A DNA stretch of 64,000 nt, from contig JAZUEP010000063.1 of assembly GCA_045640225.1 (NCBI GenBank), positions 2,243-66,242 of the forward strand, given 5' to 3'. Shown here in pieces: positions 29,119 to 37,836 of the stretch (its first letter is position 1; every line of letters starts with the position of its first letter). This DNA comes from Bacteroidales bacterium. GTDB lineage: Bacteria > Bacteroidota > Bacteroidia > Bacteroidales > UBA3663. The notes below the pieces were generated by a model. That model saw only the letters and a list, made by a program, of their open reading frames with translations. It was not told the origin of the DNA and ran no database searches. The position numbers and the translations under genes were made by a program.

Positions 29119-31845
29119 ATGACACGTAAAATATCGCTGCTACTCCTCATGACGCTGACCTTCATGGCCAGCCTCATGGCTCAGGAAATACCAGCAGACA
29201 CCATCTTCAACCCCACGGTCAACCACACCTCGCAGACGGGCCGCAAATATACCATTCGCGGCATCGAAGTAACAGGTGCGGACAACTATGAGGACTATGT
29301 ACTGATAGGATTCTCTGGTCTATCGGTAGGACAGACCATTACCGTACCTGGCGACGAAGTTACTACGGCCATCAAGCGTTTCTGGCGTCAAGGATTGTTC
29401 AGTGACGTCCGCATCACCCTCGAAAAAGTATACGAGAACGATTGCTGGATCAAGATTGCCCTTACTCCCCGTCCTCGTATTGCCAACATCGAATACGACG
29501 GCGTAAAGAAGTCCGAGCGTGAGGATCTGGACGTACAGATGGGTGTAGCCAAAGGTAGTCAGGTAACTCCTAACATCCTCGACCGCGCCAAAACGATTAT
29601 CAAGCGCTACTACGATAGCAAAGGCTATCAGAATGCCGACGTCGAAATCTATCAGCAGGATGACACCCTGTTGCAGAACATGGTCAATCTTACCATCTAT
29701 GTCGACAAGCACGAGAAGGTCAAGATCAAGAACCTTTACATCAATGGTCTCGAAACCTGGGATTCGATTGGTCATAAGAACCTGTTCCCTCTCAAGAAGG
29801 ACTACATGACCTATCGTAAGGCCAATGCAGCACTGAAGAAGACCAATGCGGTGAACAAGTGGTATAACATGTTCCGTGCCAAGAAGTTTGTCCCCGACAC
29901 CTACAAGGAGGACAAGCAGAATCTCATCAAGAAGTTCCAGGAGCTGGGCTATCGCGATGCACGTATCGTCAGCGACAAGCAGGAACGCTTTGACAACAGT
30001 CATATCGACCTAACCATCAATGTCGAAGAAGGTCCCCGTTACTATATCCGCAACATGTCAGTCGTTGGTAATACGGTATATCCTGAGGATGGCCTGCTTG
30101 CCGAACTCCGCTTGCAGCGCGGCGACGTCTACAACCAGACGAAGATCGACAAGCGCATCAATACCGACGAGGACGGCATCGGAACTGCGTACATGGACCA
30201 GGGTTATCTCTTCTTCCGCATGGAACCTATCGAGGTAAATATTGAGGGAGACTCCGTTGACCTTGAATTCCGTGTTACCGAAGGTCCTCCGGCTCACATC
30301 AACAAGGTCATCATCAATGGTAATGACCGTCTGTACGAACACGTAATCCGTCGCGAGCTGCGCACTCGTCCTGGCGAGCTGTTCTCAAAGACCGACCTTA
30401 TCCGTTCCGCTCGCGAGCTTGCTCAGACCGGCCACTTCGATCCTGAGAAGATGAATCCACGTCCTGTACCTAACACCGAGGACGGAACCGTAGACATCAT
30501 CTACGACCTCGAATCGAAGGCCAACGACCAGGTGGAATTCTCGCTGGGCTGGGGTTCAACAGGTCTGATCGGTCGTGTCTCGCTTAAGCTGACCAACATC
30601 TCGATGAAGGACTTGTTCCATCCATCGCGTTACCATGGAATCTATCCATCGGGCGAAGGCGAGACCTTCACACTCTCGATCCAGACCAATGCGCAGTATT
30701 ATCAGTCGTATAGCCTGTCATATATCAACCCATGGTTCGGTGGCAAGCGACCGAATTCATTCAACCTCTCGGTCTATTATTCGCGCCAGTCGGACATCAA
30801 CTCGAAGTACTATAGCCAGAATATGTATAACAACTACTATGGTTATGGTGGCTATCCTTATGGCGGTTACGGTGGCTATGGAGGTTACGGCGGATACGGC
30901 TATGGCTATGGCGGTTATGGCTATGGCTACGGTGGATACGGCAATCAGAACCTCTACGAGTACGCCATCGACCCTGACAAGTCAATCCAGATGATCGGTG
31001 CTTCGCTCGGCTTCGGAAAGCGTCTGTCATGGCCTGACGACTACTTCATGCTGCAGACCATGCTCAACTACCACGTCTACATCCTGAAGGATTGGCAGTA
31101 CTTCCCGGTTTCGAACGGCACCTCGAACAGCCTCTCGCTCGAGGCCGTCCTGTCACGTTCGTCAATCGATAATCCGTACTATACACGTCGTGGTTCTACG
31201 TTCACGGTCGATGCCGAGGTGGCTCCCCCATACTCACTCTTCGAGGACAGCAAGAAACTTGCATCTACAGATAAATACTCTGCCGACAAGATGCGTTGGC
31301 TCGAGTTCTGGAAGGTCAAGTTCTCGACCAAGACCTACACCCCACTCACGTCAGGTCAGCGTACGCTCGTATTCCACACGCGTTCAGACTTCGGCTTCCT
31401 CGGACATTACAATCCGCACAAGCAGTCGCCATTCAACAGCTACTACATGGGTGGTGATGGCAACTCGTACTATTCGTCATCGTATATCACCGAGTACATT
31501 CCATTGCGTGGCTACGAGAACGGATCGCTCACCTCGACCTACTCGCAGACCAACGACGTAGCAACCTGTTACGCCCGACTGGTTGCCGAGCTCCGCTATC
31601 CATTCATGCTCGAGTCATCATCTACCATCTATGGTCTGGTCTTTGCCGAGGCCGGTAATGCGTGGACGGACATCAAGTACTTCAACCCATTCTCGCTGAA
31701 ACGCTCTATGGGTGCAGGTGTCCGCATCTTCCTGCCAATGATCGGTATGCTCGGTATCGACTGGGGTTATGGCTTCGACAAGACCTTCGGCACGACCAGC
31801 AATTCTGGCTCGAACTTCCACTTTGTCATCGGACAGGAGTTCTAA
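29119..31845 (+). CDS. bamA: Outer membrane protein assembly factor BamA (Omp85) with a Gly/Tyr-rich loop insertion
   Basis: 908 aa. Signal peptide, POTRA repeats and a C-terminal Omp85 barrel ending ...NFHFVIGQEF. GY-rich stretch YGYGGYPYGGYGGYGGYGGYGYGYGGYGYGYGGYG. Confidence 0.92.
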   Translation: MTRKISLLLLMTLTFMASLMAQEIPADTIFNPTVNHTSQTGRKYTIRGIEVTGADNYEDYVLIGFSGLSVGQTITVPGDEVTTAIKRFWRQGLFSDVRITLEKVYENDCWIKIALTPRPRIANIEYDGVKKSEREDLDVQMGVAKGSQVTPNILDRAKTIIKRYYDSKGYQNADVEIYQQDDTLLQNMVNLTIYVDKHEKVKIKNLYINGLETWDSIGHKNLFPLKKDYMTYRKANAALKKTNAVNKWYNMFRAKKFVPDTYKEDKQNLIKKFQELGYRDARIVSDKQERFDNSHIDLTINVEEGPRYYIRNMSVVGNTVYPEDGLLAELRLQRGDVYNQTKIDKRINTDEDGIGTAYMDQGYLFFRMEPIEVNIEGDSVDLEFRVTEGPPAHINKVIINGNDRLYEHVIRRELRTRPGELFSKTDLIRSARELAQTGHFDPEKMNPRPVPNTEDGTVDIIYDLESKANDQVEFSLGWGSTGLIGRVSLKLTNISMKDLFHPSRYHGIYPSGEGETFTLSIQTNAQYYQSYSLSYINPWFGGKRPNSFNLSVYYSRQSDINSKYYSQNMYNNYYGYGGYPYGGYGGYGGYGGYGYGYGGYGYGYGGYGNQNLYEYAIDPDKSIQMIGASLGFGKRLSWPDDYFMLQTMLNYHVYILKDWQYFPVSNGTSNSLSLEAVLSRSSIDNPYYTRRGSTFTVDAEVAPPYSLFEDSKKLASTDKYSADKMRWLEFWKVKFSTKTYTPLTSGQRTLVFHTRSDFGFLGHYNPHKQSPFNSYYMGGDGNSYYSSSYITEYIPLRGYENGSLTSTYSQTNDVATCYARLVAELRYPFMLESSSTIYGLVFAEAGNAWTDIKYFNPFSLKRSMGAGVRIFLPMIGMLGIDWGYGFDKTFGTTSNSGSNFHFVIGQEF

Positions 31846-31957
31846 CCGAAGTTAAACCTCACAAGTACTCAAGGGTCTAAAACAATAAAAGAACTATTAT
31901 ACCTCGCAACTAAACTATCCATTAATAAACATCTTTAACTAAACAAAATCAAGCCCT

Positions 31958-32467
31958 ATGAAAAAAATCTTATTCACCTGCCTGGTTGCCCTTATTGCCA
32001 GTGCCAATGCGTTCGCTCAGAAGTATGCCCTTATCGACATGGACTACATCCTGAAGCAGATTCCACAGTACGAGATGGCCAACGAACAGCTCAACCAGAT
32101 CAGCAAGCGTTGGCAAACTGAAGTCGAGACACTTTCGGCCGAAGCAGAACAGCTCTACAAGCAGTATCAGGCCGATATGGTCTACCTCACCAAGGAGCAG
32201 CAGAATCAGCGCGAGACTGCCATTCTGGCCAAGGAGAAAGAGGTACAGGATCTGCGACTGAAGTATTTCGGTCCAGAAGGCGAGCTCTATCAGAAGCGCA
32301 ACAGCCTGGTTGGTCATATCCAGGACGACATTTACGAAGCTGTCAAGGAAATTGCCGAGAAGAACAGCTTCTCAATGGTGATCGATCGTGCATCGGCCGA
32401 AAGCATCATCTATGCCAGCCCTAAGATCGATATCTCAAAGGAGGTGCTTCAGAAGATGGGTTATTAA
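31958..32467 (+). CDS. OmpH/Skp-family periplasmic chaperone (copy 1)
   Basis: 169 aa. Signal peptide and coiled-coil Q/E-rich core. Position downstream of bamA. Confidence 0.85.
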   Translation: MKKILFTCLVALIASANAFAQKYALIDMDYILKQIPQYEMANEQLNQISKRWQTEVETLSAEAEQLYKQYQADMVYLTKEQQNQRETAILAKEKEVQDLRLKYFGPEGELYQKRNSLVGHIQDDIYEAVKEIAEKNSFSMVIDRASAESIIYASPKIDISKEVLQKMGY

Positions 32468-32546
32468 GGCAACAGTATAAACCAGCTTGCCCAAAATTAC
32501 AGAAACAAATTATAAAAAAAATAACTAACAAATCAAAAACATCAAA

Positions 32547-33056
32547 ATGTTCAAGAAATTTATCGTAGCAGCCATCATTGCTGTTGCAAGCATCACATCG
32601 TATGCTCAGACCGCTCTCAAAATCGGAACCGTAAACCTCGACGAAGTTATGCAGGCAATGCCTGAGACTTCGGTCCTCGAGAAGGAGCTCTCAACCCGCA
32701 CCCAGAATTTCCAGAATCAGGCTAAGACCATGCAGGACGAGTTCCAGAGCAAATATCAGGCTTACGTTGAGCAGCACGACTCACTCGACGAACTGACCCG
32801 TGGCGTCCGCGAGGACGAACTTCGCTCACTTCAGCAGCGTGCCGAGCAGTACCAGCAGATGAGCTATCAGCAGATTTCGCAGTACCGCGAGCAGCAGCTG
32901 GCCATGATTCAGGAGAAACTCTTCAAGGCAGTCAACACCGTCGGCGATCGCGAAAAGTATGTTGCTATCTTCCCAACTAACGAAGCTACCTACTTCTCTG
33001 CCGCTCTGACCACGGACGTTACCGCCCTTGTCAAGACCGAACTGGGAATTAAGTGA
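32547..33056 (+). CDS. OmpH/Skp-family periplasmic chaperone (copy 2)
   Basis: 169 aa. Signal peptide and coiled-coil core. Confidence 0.85.
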   Translation: MFKKFIVAAIIAVASITSYAQTALKIGTVNLDEVMQAMPETSVLEKELSTRTQNFQNQAKTMQDEFQSKYQAYVEQHDSLDELTRGVREDELRSLQQRAEQYQQMSYQQISQYREQQLAMIQEKLFKAVNTVGDREKYVAIFPTNEATYFSAALTTDVTALVKTELGIK

Positions 33057-33571
33057 TGAAACGTATACTGATACTGGGCATGCTGACCCTTGCAATCCTT
33101 TGCAACGTCAGCGCCCAGACTCCTACGCCACGATTCGGCAACATCGAGATGGAGGACATCTTCGCTCTGTTGCCCGAAAACAAAATGGTAGAGGACGAGT
33201 TGGCACAGCTCCAGGCTGCCTACGACGAAGAGATTCAGAAAATGGGCGAAGACTATCAGCTCAAGGTGAGCGATTTTGTAGCCGTACAACAAACGCTGGA
33301 TCCTAACATTGCGGAAGCCCGTGCTCAGGAGATTGAGCAGCTGCAACAGCGCATCCAGCAATTCCGCAAGAAGGCAGCACAAAGCCTCCGCGAACAACGT
33401 CAGGCCAAGACCGCCCCTATCATCGAACGCGTATCGCAGGCCATCAAGGCCGTAGGCGAGCGTTATGGCTACACCTACATCTTCGACCTCAAGCAGGCTG
33501 GTATCCTCTACTTCTCGCCTGAGCAGTGCGACGACATCACGCCTCTGGTTCGCCTCGAACTAGGCCTGTAA
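33053..33571 (+). CDS. OmpH/Skp-family periplasmic chaperone (copy 3)
   Basis: 172 aa. Signal peptide and coiled-coil core. 4-nt overlap with copy 2. Confidence 0.8.
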   Translation: MMKRILILGMLTLAILCNVSAQTPTPRFGNIEMEDIFALLPENKMVEDELAQLQAAYDEEIQKMGEDYQLKVSDFVAVQQTLDPNIAEARAQEIEQLQQRIQQFRKKAAQSLREQRQAKTAPIIERVSQAIKAVGERYGYTYIFDLKQAGILYFSPEQCDDITPLVRLELGL

Positions 33572-33609
33572 CACTCGACACCCTGAAACAGGCTTTCCTG
33601 ACAACAGCA

Positions 33610-33643
33610 AACCGCCCTTTGATCATTGGACCAAAGGGCGGTT
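33610..33643. terminator. Bidirectional intrinsic terminator hairpin
   Basis: Perfect 12-bp stem AACCGCCCTTTG / CAAAGGGCGGTT between the convergent ompH copy 3 (+) and the small Cys-rich gene (-). Confidence 0.75.
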
Positions 33644-33691
33644 AATTTGTAGATTTCCTGTTATCGGAAAACTGACCGTTTGTTGATCTGA

Positions 33692-33901
33692 TTACTCAGC
33701 AGCGGTGCAGCATGAATCAGCAACAGCGCAGCAAGAGTCAGCAGCAGCGCAGCATGAATCGCAGCAAGCAGCGAGGGTGTCAACTACCTCCTCAACGACT
33801 GCAGCAGCCTCCTCAACGGGAGCCTCAGCTGGCTTGTTAGAAGTGCAAGCTGCAAAGCAAGCAGCTACCATAACACCTGCGAAAAGAACCAATTTCTTCA
33901 T
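33692..33901 (-). CDS. Small lipoprotein with a tandem CC-dipeptide tail (CCDSCC-AAADSCC-AVADSCC)
   Basis: 69 aa. Signal plus lipobox MKKLVLFAGVMVAACFAAC. C-terminal 25 aa contain four Cys-Cys pairs with a DSCC periodicity. Confidence 0.6.
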   Translation of the reverse strand: MKKLVLFAGVMVAACFAACTSNKPAEAPVEEAAAVVEEVVDTLAACCDSCCAAADSCCAVADSCCTAAE

Positions 33902-34220
33902 TGTTGTAATAATTTAGTAAAAGTTTATTGTTTTAAATACCTTAAAGTCTCATGCACAACTTTTAGAACTCCGATGTGCGGTTGCGCCATCGATAACATT
34001 CTTTTTGTTTTTGCGGTGCAAAGGTAAGAACTTTTTACATTTGTTGAGCTTTTTTCTATATATTTCTTCATTTACGGACTCAAAAAAGCTACAAACCGCC
34101 CTATTTGCTAACCATAGATTAAAAAATACACATAATACTTCAAGCCCACTGAACCATGCACAATAAACTACGGATTTATACGTTATTATTATAGGTAAAC
34201 GCTAATGCTGACAATAATCA

Positions 34221-34943
34221 ATGAGCACTCTACATAGATATTCACGCCTGCTGATATTTGCCTTCTTTCTGGCACAGATATTCACGTTATCGGCCCAACG
34301 CCAGAAGATCCGCAACCTGCCCTACTACGACCAGCGCCTGCTGCATTGGGGCTTCTGTCTTGGCGCCAATACACCCGATATTACCTTCACACACAGTGGC
34401 AGTGAAGCAGGTGAAGGATGGTGGGCAACCTGTCCGAACGTGAATGCCGCCTTCTTTGTCGGATTGATGGGCGACCTGGCCATTACCGAGCACTTGAACT
34501 TTCGCTGCACGCCAATGCTTTATTTCCAGGAACGTGCGGTAGCCTTTGAACGCACTTTGCCTACCTTCGAGCGACAGCAAACCATGCAGCATCTCAAGAC
34601 TACCTATCTCGAGATTCCGGTCAGCCTCAAGATCAGTACGCGCCGAATCAACAACTACCGTCCGTACCTTGTGGCAGGCTTACAAGCCGACATCGATATG
34701 GCGCACGAAAAAGAGACTCCTATCGTCTTCAATCGTTATGATCTGGGCGTTCATTTCGGAATGGGCTGCGACTTCTATCTCCCGTTCTTCAAGCTGGCAC
34801 CTGAATTCCGCATCAATCTCGGCTTGCTCGATATGCTCGACCATAAAAGAACAGGCCTGCAGGATCAAACCATGATGCCATACACCAATGCGCTCCTATC
34901 GGCCCGCAACACCGGAATGTCGCTGATTTTCTGGTTCGAGTAA
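34221..34943 (+). CDS. PorT/SprT-like outer-membrane beta-barrel protein (T9SS-associated family, tentative)
   Basis: 240 aa. Signal-like N-terminus. YYDQRLLHWGFCLG motif typical of PorT-family barrels. Ends in an aromatic residue context (LIFWFE). Confidence 0.55.
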   Translation: MSTLHRYSRLLIFAFFLAQIFTLSAQRQKIRNLPYYDQRLLHWGFCLGANTPDITFTHSGSEAGEGWWATCPNVNAAFFVGLMGDLAITEHLNFRCTPMLYFQERAVAFERTLPTFERQQTMQHLKTTYLEIPVSLKISTRRINNYRPYLVAGLQADIDMAHEKETPIVFNRYDLGVHFGMGCDFYLPFFKLAPEFRINLGLLDMLDHKRTGLQDQTMMPYTNALLSARNTGMSLIFWFE

Positions 34944-35009
34944 ATAAGGATTAATCTTTGCGCGAAAGACGTAAACACCTAATGGCATGGCTGAGTCTTT
35001 GGCAGACAC

Positions 35010-35159
35010 TCAGTCATTGCAATCGTATGGGTCGTGGTCATGATTGCAATACCAACCCTGTACACGATCGTCCTGACGAGCATATTTCTCCCAAGGAGCT
35101 ACGTTGTCACGATGTTGCTGAGCACGCTGCTGGCGGTTGTTGTTGAAGAAGAATCCCAT
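35010..35159 (-). CDS. 49-aa Cys/His-containing small protein, copy 1 (MGFFFNNNRQQRAQQHRDNVAPWEKYARQDDRVQGWYCNHDHDPYDCND)
   Basis: Below the ORF-track cutoff and translated by hand. Own promoter on the minus strand (TTTG, 19 nt, TATCTTTG). A paralogue at 38919-39068 differs at many synonymous sites but only 4 residues. Confidence 0.7.
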   Translation of the reverse strand: MGFFFNNNRQQRAQQHRDNVAPWEKYARQDDRVQGWYCNHDHDPYDCND

Positions 35160-35225
35160 AGTCGTAATGTTTTATTGGTTTAACTTGGTGCAAAGATAGG
35201 GAGTTCTGAGCGAATGGCAAAATCT

Positions 35226-35239
35226 TGACAACGTTGTCA
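35226..35239. promoter_or_regulatory. Perfect 14-bp palindrome TGACAACGTTGTCA just upstream of the -33 element of small gene copy 1 (operator-like)
   Basis: Read directly. An identical palindrome lies at 39135-39148 in the same position relative to copy 2. The half-site ACGTTGTCA recurs inside both coding sequences. Confidence 0.6.
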
Positions 35240-35397
35240 CGTCATTGTTATAACAGAGACTTTATGCGGAAGTGAAGGGTACTCTACACTATGTTTTAGC
35301 CATAAAAATCGTGCAAATTCAAATATTTAAGACTATAAAATAAAAAAACTCATCAAAAATTTGGATATGCCAAATAAAACCTCTATCTTTGCACCGG

Positions 35398-35492
35398 AAA
35401 GTTAGTCGTAATGACTGTGATGTAATCGGTCTGTGCAGAAGTCCCCGCCTGCGAGGCATCACTCTTCGGAGTAAACATGGTCATACGTTTTT
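35398..35492 (+). ncRNA. Candidate structured small RNA of about 95 nt, family not recognised
   Basis: Consensus Bacteroidetes promoter TTTG (35360-35363), 20 nt, TATCTTTG (35384-35391). Closing stem CGTAATGAC (35407-35415) / GTCATACG (35480-35487) followed by TTTTT. Inner stems TGTGATG/CATCAC, GCAG/CTGC and a CTC-TTCG-GAG tetraloop hairpin. No ORF. Confidence 0.45.
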
Positions 35493-35513
35493 CTGGGGCA
35501 GAAACAAAGCATT

Positions 35514-36119
35514 TCACTTTTTGTGAGATGCTTTATTTTTTTCTTGTAGGCAAAGAGGTTCGATTGTCTCGTTCTCTTTCAACGCTGTAATACCATACTG
35601 AATTTTATCAAGTGTGCGATTTCGTACCCCAACGGTCAACTTGATTGTGCCAAGAAAAGTGTCATTGTATGACATCAGGATCATTTTGATTAACTTACTT
35701 TGATTTTTATTGTCACGTTTCGGGATATCAAGGGCTACTTGGACTGCACAAGACAATATCTCTTCCAACTTAAAGACAGCCAATGTAGATTTATAGCGTT
35801 TAGCAGCATGGCCAGCCGCCTCAACTACAGATTCCTTTCTTATAAGGATATCTGCATTTAGAGACTTATTATAAACCGACTTTTCCGGATGATCAGCTTT
35901 CCATTCTTGATAGAAATCATAGATAATTTGCTTCCTTTGTTTTATGGCCTCGGGAGATTCACCCATGGGAATGCCATTCTCATCATAAACCAAAGGTGTA
36001 GGTTCGTCTCCTGTATCATCCGTTGCGTCACGAACAATCTTACCTAGAGATTCCAGGTCAAATTCATAGTTCAAATCCCACTCTATATCGAGTAGTTCAT
36101 ATTCAAGAGCGTCTTCCAT
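35514..36119 (-). CDS. Hypothetical protein, about 201 aa, acidic N-terminus, no recognisable catalytic motif
   Basis: Start moved to MEDALEYELL (36119) because the module-A -7 box (36139-36146) lies inside the longer track ORF. A faint resemblance to polyvalent-protein LPD/PBECR-type domains is unverified. Confidence 0.6.
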   Translation of the reverse strand: MEDALEYELLDIEWDLNYEFDLESLGKIVRDATDDTGDEPTPLVYDENGIPMGESPEAIKQRKQIIYDFYQEWKADHPEKSVYNKSLNADILIRKESVVEAAGHAAKRYKSTLAVFKLEEILSCAVQVALDIPKRDNKNQSKLIKMILMSYNDTFLGTIKLTVGVRNRTLDKIQYGITALKENETIEPLCLQEKNKASHKK

Positions 36120-36138
36120 ATTTACAATCATTTGGCAG

Positions 36139-36214
36139 CAAAGATAAATACTTTTTTTCATTCCACAATCAAATCACCCCGAAAAAGTACAAAGGATTGG
36201 ACTTTTTCGGGGTG
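36139..36214 (-). promoter_or_regulatory. Cassette boundary module A, copy 1 (terminator hairpin plus promoter)
   Basis: On the minus strand: CCCCGAAAAAGT-12 nt-ACTTTTTCGGGG hairpin (36177-36212), TGATTTGATTGTGGAATGAAAAAAA, then TATCTTTG (36146-36139). About 75 nt are shared with copies at 38715-38789 and 42238-42310. Confidence 0.75.
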
Positions 36215-36255
36215 CATTATATCATCTTTGAGGTAGTATTACTCTCCCTCCGACG

Positions 36256-36954
36256 CTATTTCGATGACTGAATGTCTTTTTTGACAGAAGACGTGTTTTG
36301 TACCACAAACAGACAATCTCTCAACTTATCGTAGTACAAATAGCCGTCAACGTATTTTTGCTTGAACTGCAGAAGGAAGGAACGATGAACGACAGGTTCT
36401 GACATCTGACTGATTGGTACTATGAACAGTTCATCAGGATGAGACTCAGTACCGCCCACACCCAATGCCACGAACACAGAAGCTCCACGGTCTTTACCGA
36501 ACTGAACATATCGGTCAATCTGCTCACTTCTTGCCCACGTTACAGTGCCATTGACAAAACTATTTCGCCATTTGCATTCCACACCCAACAGCCGGCTTTC
36601 TCCTCCCCCGACATTAAGCTTCAATACCAGATCTGGATTACAATTTGATTCGGGATAAACCCCATTGGAATACTTATCACCCTGCCACTCCAACAGTTCA
36701 CGGAATTTGCTGTGTTGTTTGAAGCCAAATAGATCTACTATATGGCTCTCAAACTCCGTTCCTTTCTTGTCTTCATGGAATGTTGCATCGGAAGGGACTG
36801 GAATAACATCACTTGGTTTTTCGTCCAATGCTGCAAGCGGTTGTGTCGTAGATGGAGATTGCAGATCTTTCTCAATGCTTTTGCCTTTTGCTATCATCCA
36901 CACGCCCAATAGCGACAAGCATATACCGCTAACAATCAACAAATATCCAATCAT
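36256..36954 (-). CDS. Membrane-anchored PD-(D/E)xK restriction-endonuclease-fold protein (complete E...PD...ExK)
   Basis: 232 aa. N-terminal TM helix MIGYLLIVSGICLSLLGVWMIA and a P/S/T linker. C-terminal domain with FESHIVDLF, NPDLVLKL and GVECKWR. Paralogous to the upstream gene. Confidence 0.6.
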   Translation of the reverse strand: MIGYLLIVSGICLSLLGVWMIAKGKSIEKDLQSPSTTQPLAALDEKPSDVIPVPSDATFHEDKKGTEFESHIVDLFGFKQHSKFRELLEWQGDKYSNGVYPESNCNPDLVLKLNVGGGESRLLGVECKWRNSFVNGTVTWARSEQIDRYVQFGKDRGASVFVALGVGGTESHPDELFIVPISQMSEPVVHRSFLLQFKQKYVDGYLYYDKLRDCLFVVQNTSSVKKDIQSSK

Positions 36955-36965
36955 GCAAACTATTG

Positions 36966-37604
36966 TTATTTAATGGTTAATCTATTGGTCGAGGTCTCAT
37001 AGAAGAACTTACCCTCCTTTGTTGTGACTTCATATTTGGACAACACAGATGTATAGATGTTAGCGTACGGACGTTCGTCTAATGGAACGACGTAAAGCTG
37101 CTCCGGATTACGAGGAGCGCCTCCAATCCCGACAACGATAAATACCTTAGCATTATTCTTCTTTTCGTAACTCTTCAGCACCTCAATCTTTTCTTCCTTA
37201 CACCAATCGAGGCTTTCCTGAGGCATATCCTGGCGCCATACACATTCTACAGCAAATCGATAATCCTTACCACCTGCAGTAAGCTTGATATCCAGATCAG
37301 GCTTGGTTGCTGTGGAGCTATTGTCTGCACGAGAGAGCAGAGTCAGTGATTTGCGCGAAAAATCGAACTTCGAAATCACATACTCCTCAAAAGCCTGACC
37401 TTTCTGCACGTTGCTTTGACCACTGTTTATCGTTTTTGAGGATGTCTCATTCACCTTTATCTGTTTTGGTTCAGTGGATAAAGCCGCTGCTGTAGGTTTT
37501 GACGATTCCTTATCACTGTCTTCTGCATTGATCGCATAGAATCCGATTGCTGTAAGCACAATTCCAACGGATAATATTATGATGCCAATAGTATTCTGTT
37601 TCAT
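36966..37604 (-). CDS. Membrane-anchored PD-(D/E)xK-like paralogue with a degenerate third motif (ECV instead of ECK)
   Basis: 212 aa. TM helix IGIIILSVGIVLTAIGFYAI and an S/T/K linker. FEEYVISKF, KPDLDIKL and AVECVWR. Collinear with the 232-aa neighbour through VFIVVGIGG...QLYVVPL. Confidence 0.6.
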   Translation of the reverse strand: MKQNTIGIIILSVGIVLTAIGFYAINAEDSDKESSKPTAAALSTEPKQIKVNETSSKTINSGQSNVQKGQAFEEYVISKFDFSRKSLTLLSRADNSSTATKPDLDIKLTAGGKDYRFAVECVWRQDMPQESLDWCKEEKIEVLKSYEKKNNAKVFIVVGIGGAPRNPEQLYVVPLDERPYANIYTSVLSKYEVTTKEGKFFYETSTNRLTIK

Positions 37605-37836
37605 CTTCTATTGTTCTTAGTTCTTACCTCTATTATATGAAATAGTCGAGTCATCAGCCGCCATGCTTCTTGACGAAGGCATGAGGCTCAGATCATAAAG
37701 CTTCGCAGGTGCATCTGAAGCGCCTTGCGATGAGTGTCCATTCGTAACGTAAAGCATCCTCGCTATATCAAGTACAGTTCGCGCACTGCTTGCCATTCAT
37801 ACCCAAGGCGCACAAGGCATCTTGAGTGGAATGATA

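Noticed and set aside
31958-33571. Three consecutive OmpH/Skp genes as an anomaly
   Set aside because: Multiple ompH paralogues downstream of bamA are common in Bacteroidetes. A third copy is mildly unusual but explained by tandem duplication.
35398-35492. Identification of the sRNA candidate as tRNA, tmRNA, SRP RNA, 6S RNA, RNase P RNA, a hammerhead ribozyme or a fluoride riboswitch
   Set aside because: None of the diagnostic conserved motifs (T-loop GTTCGAATC, the SRP GGAA-type tetraloop domain, CUGAUGA…GAAA cores and so on) is present. It is left unassigned.
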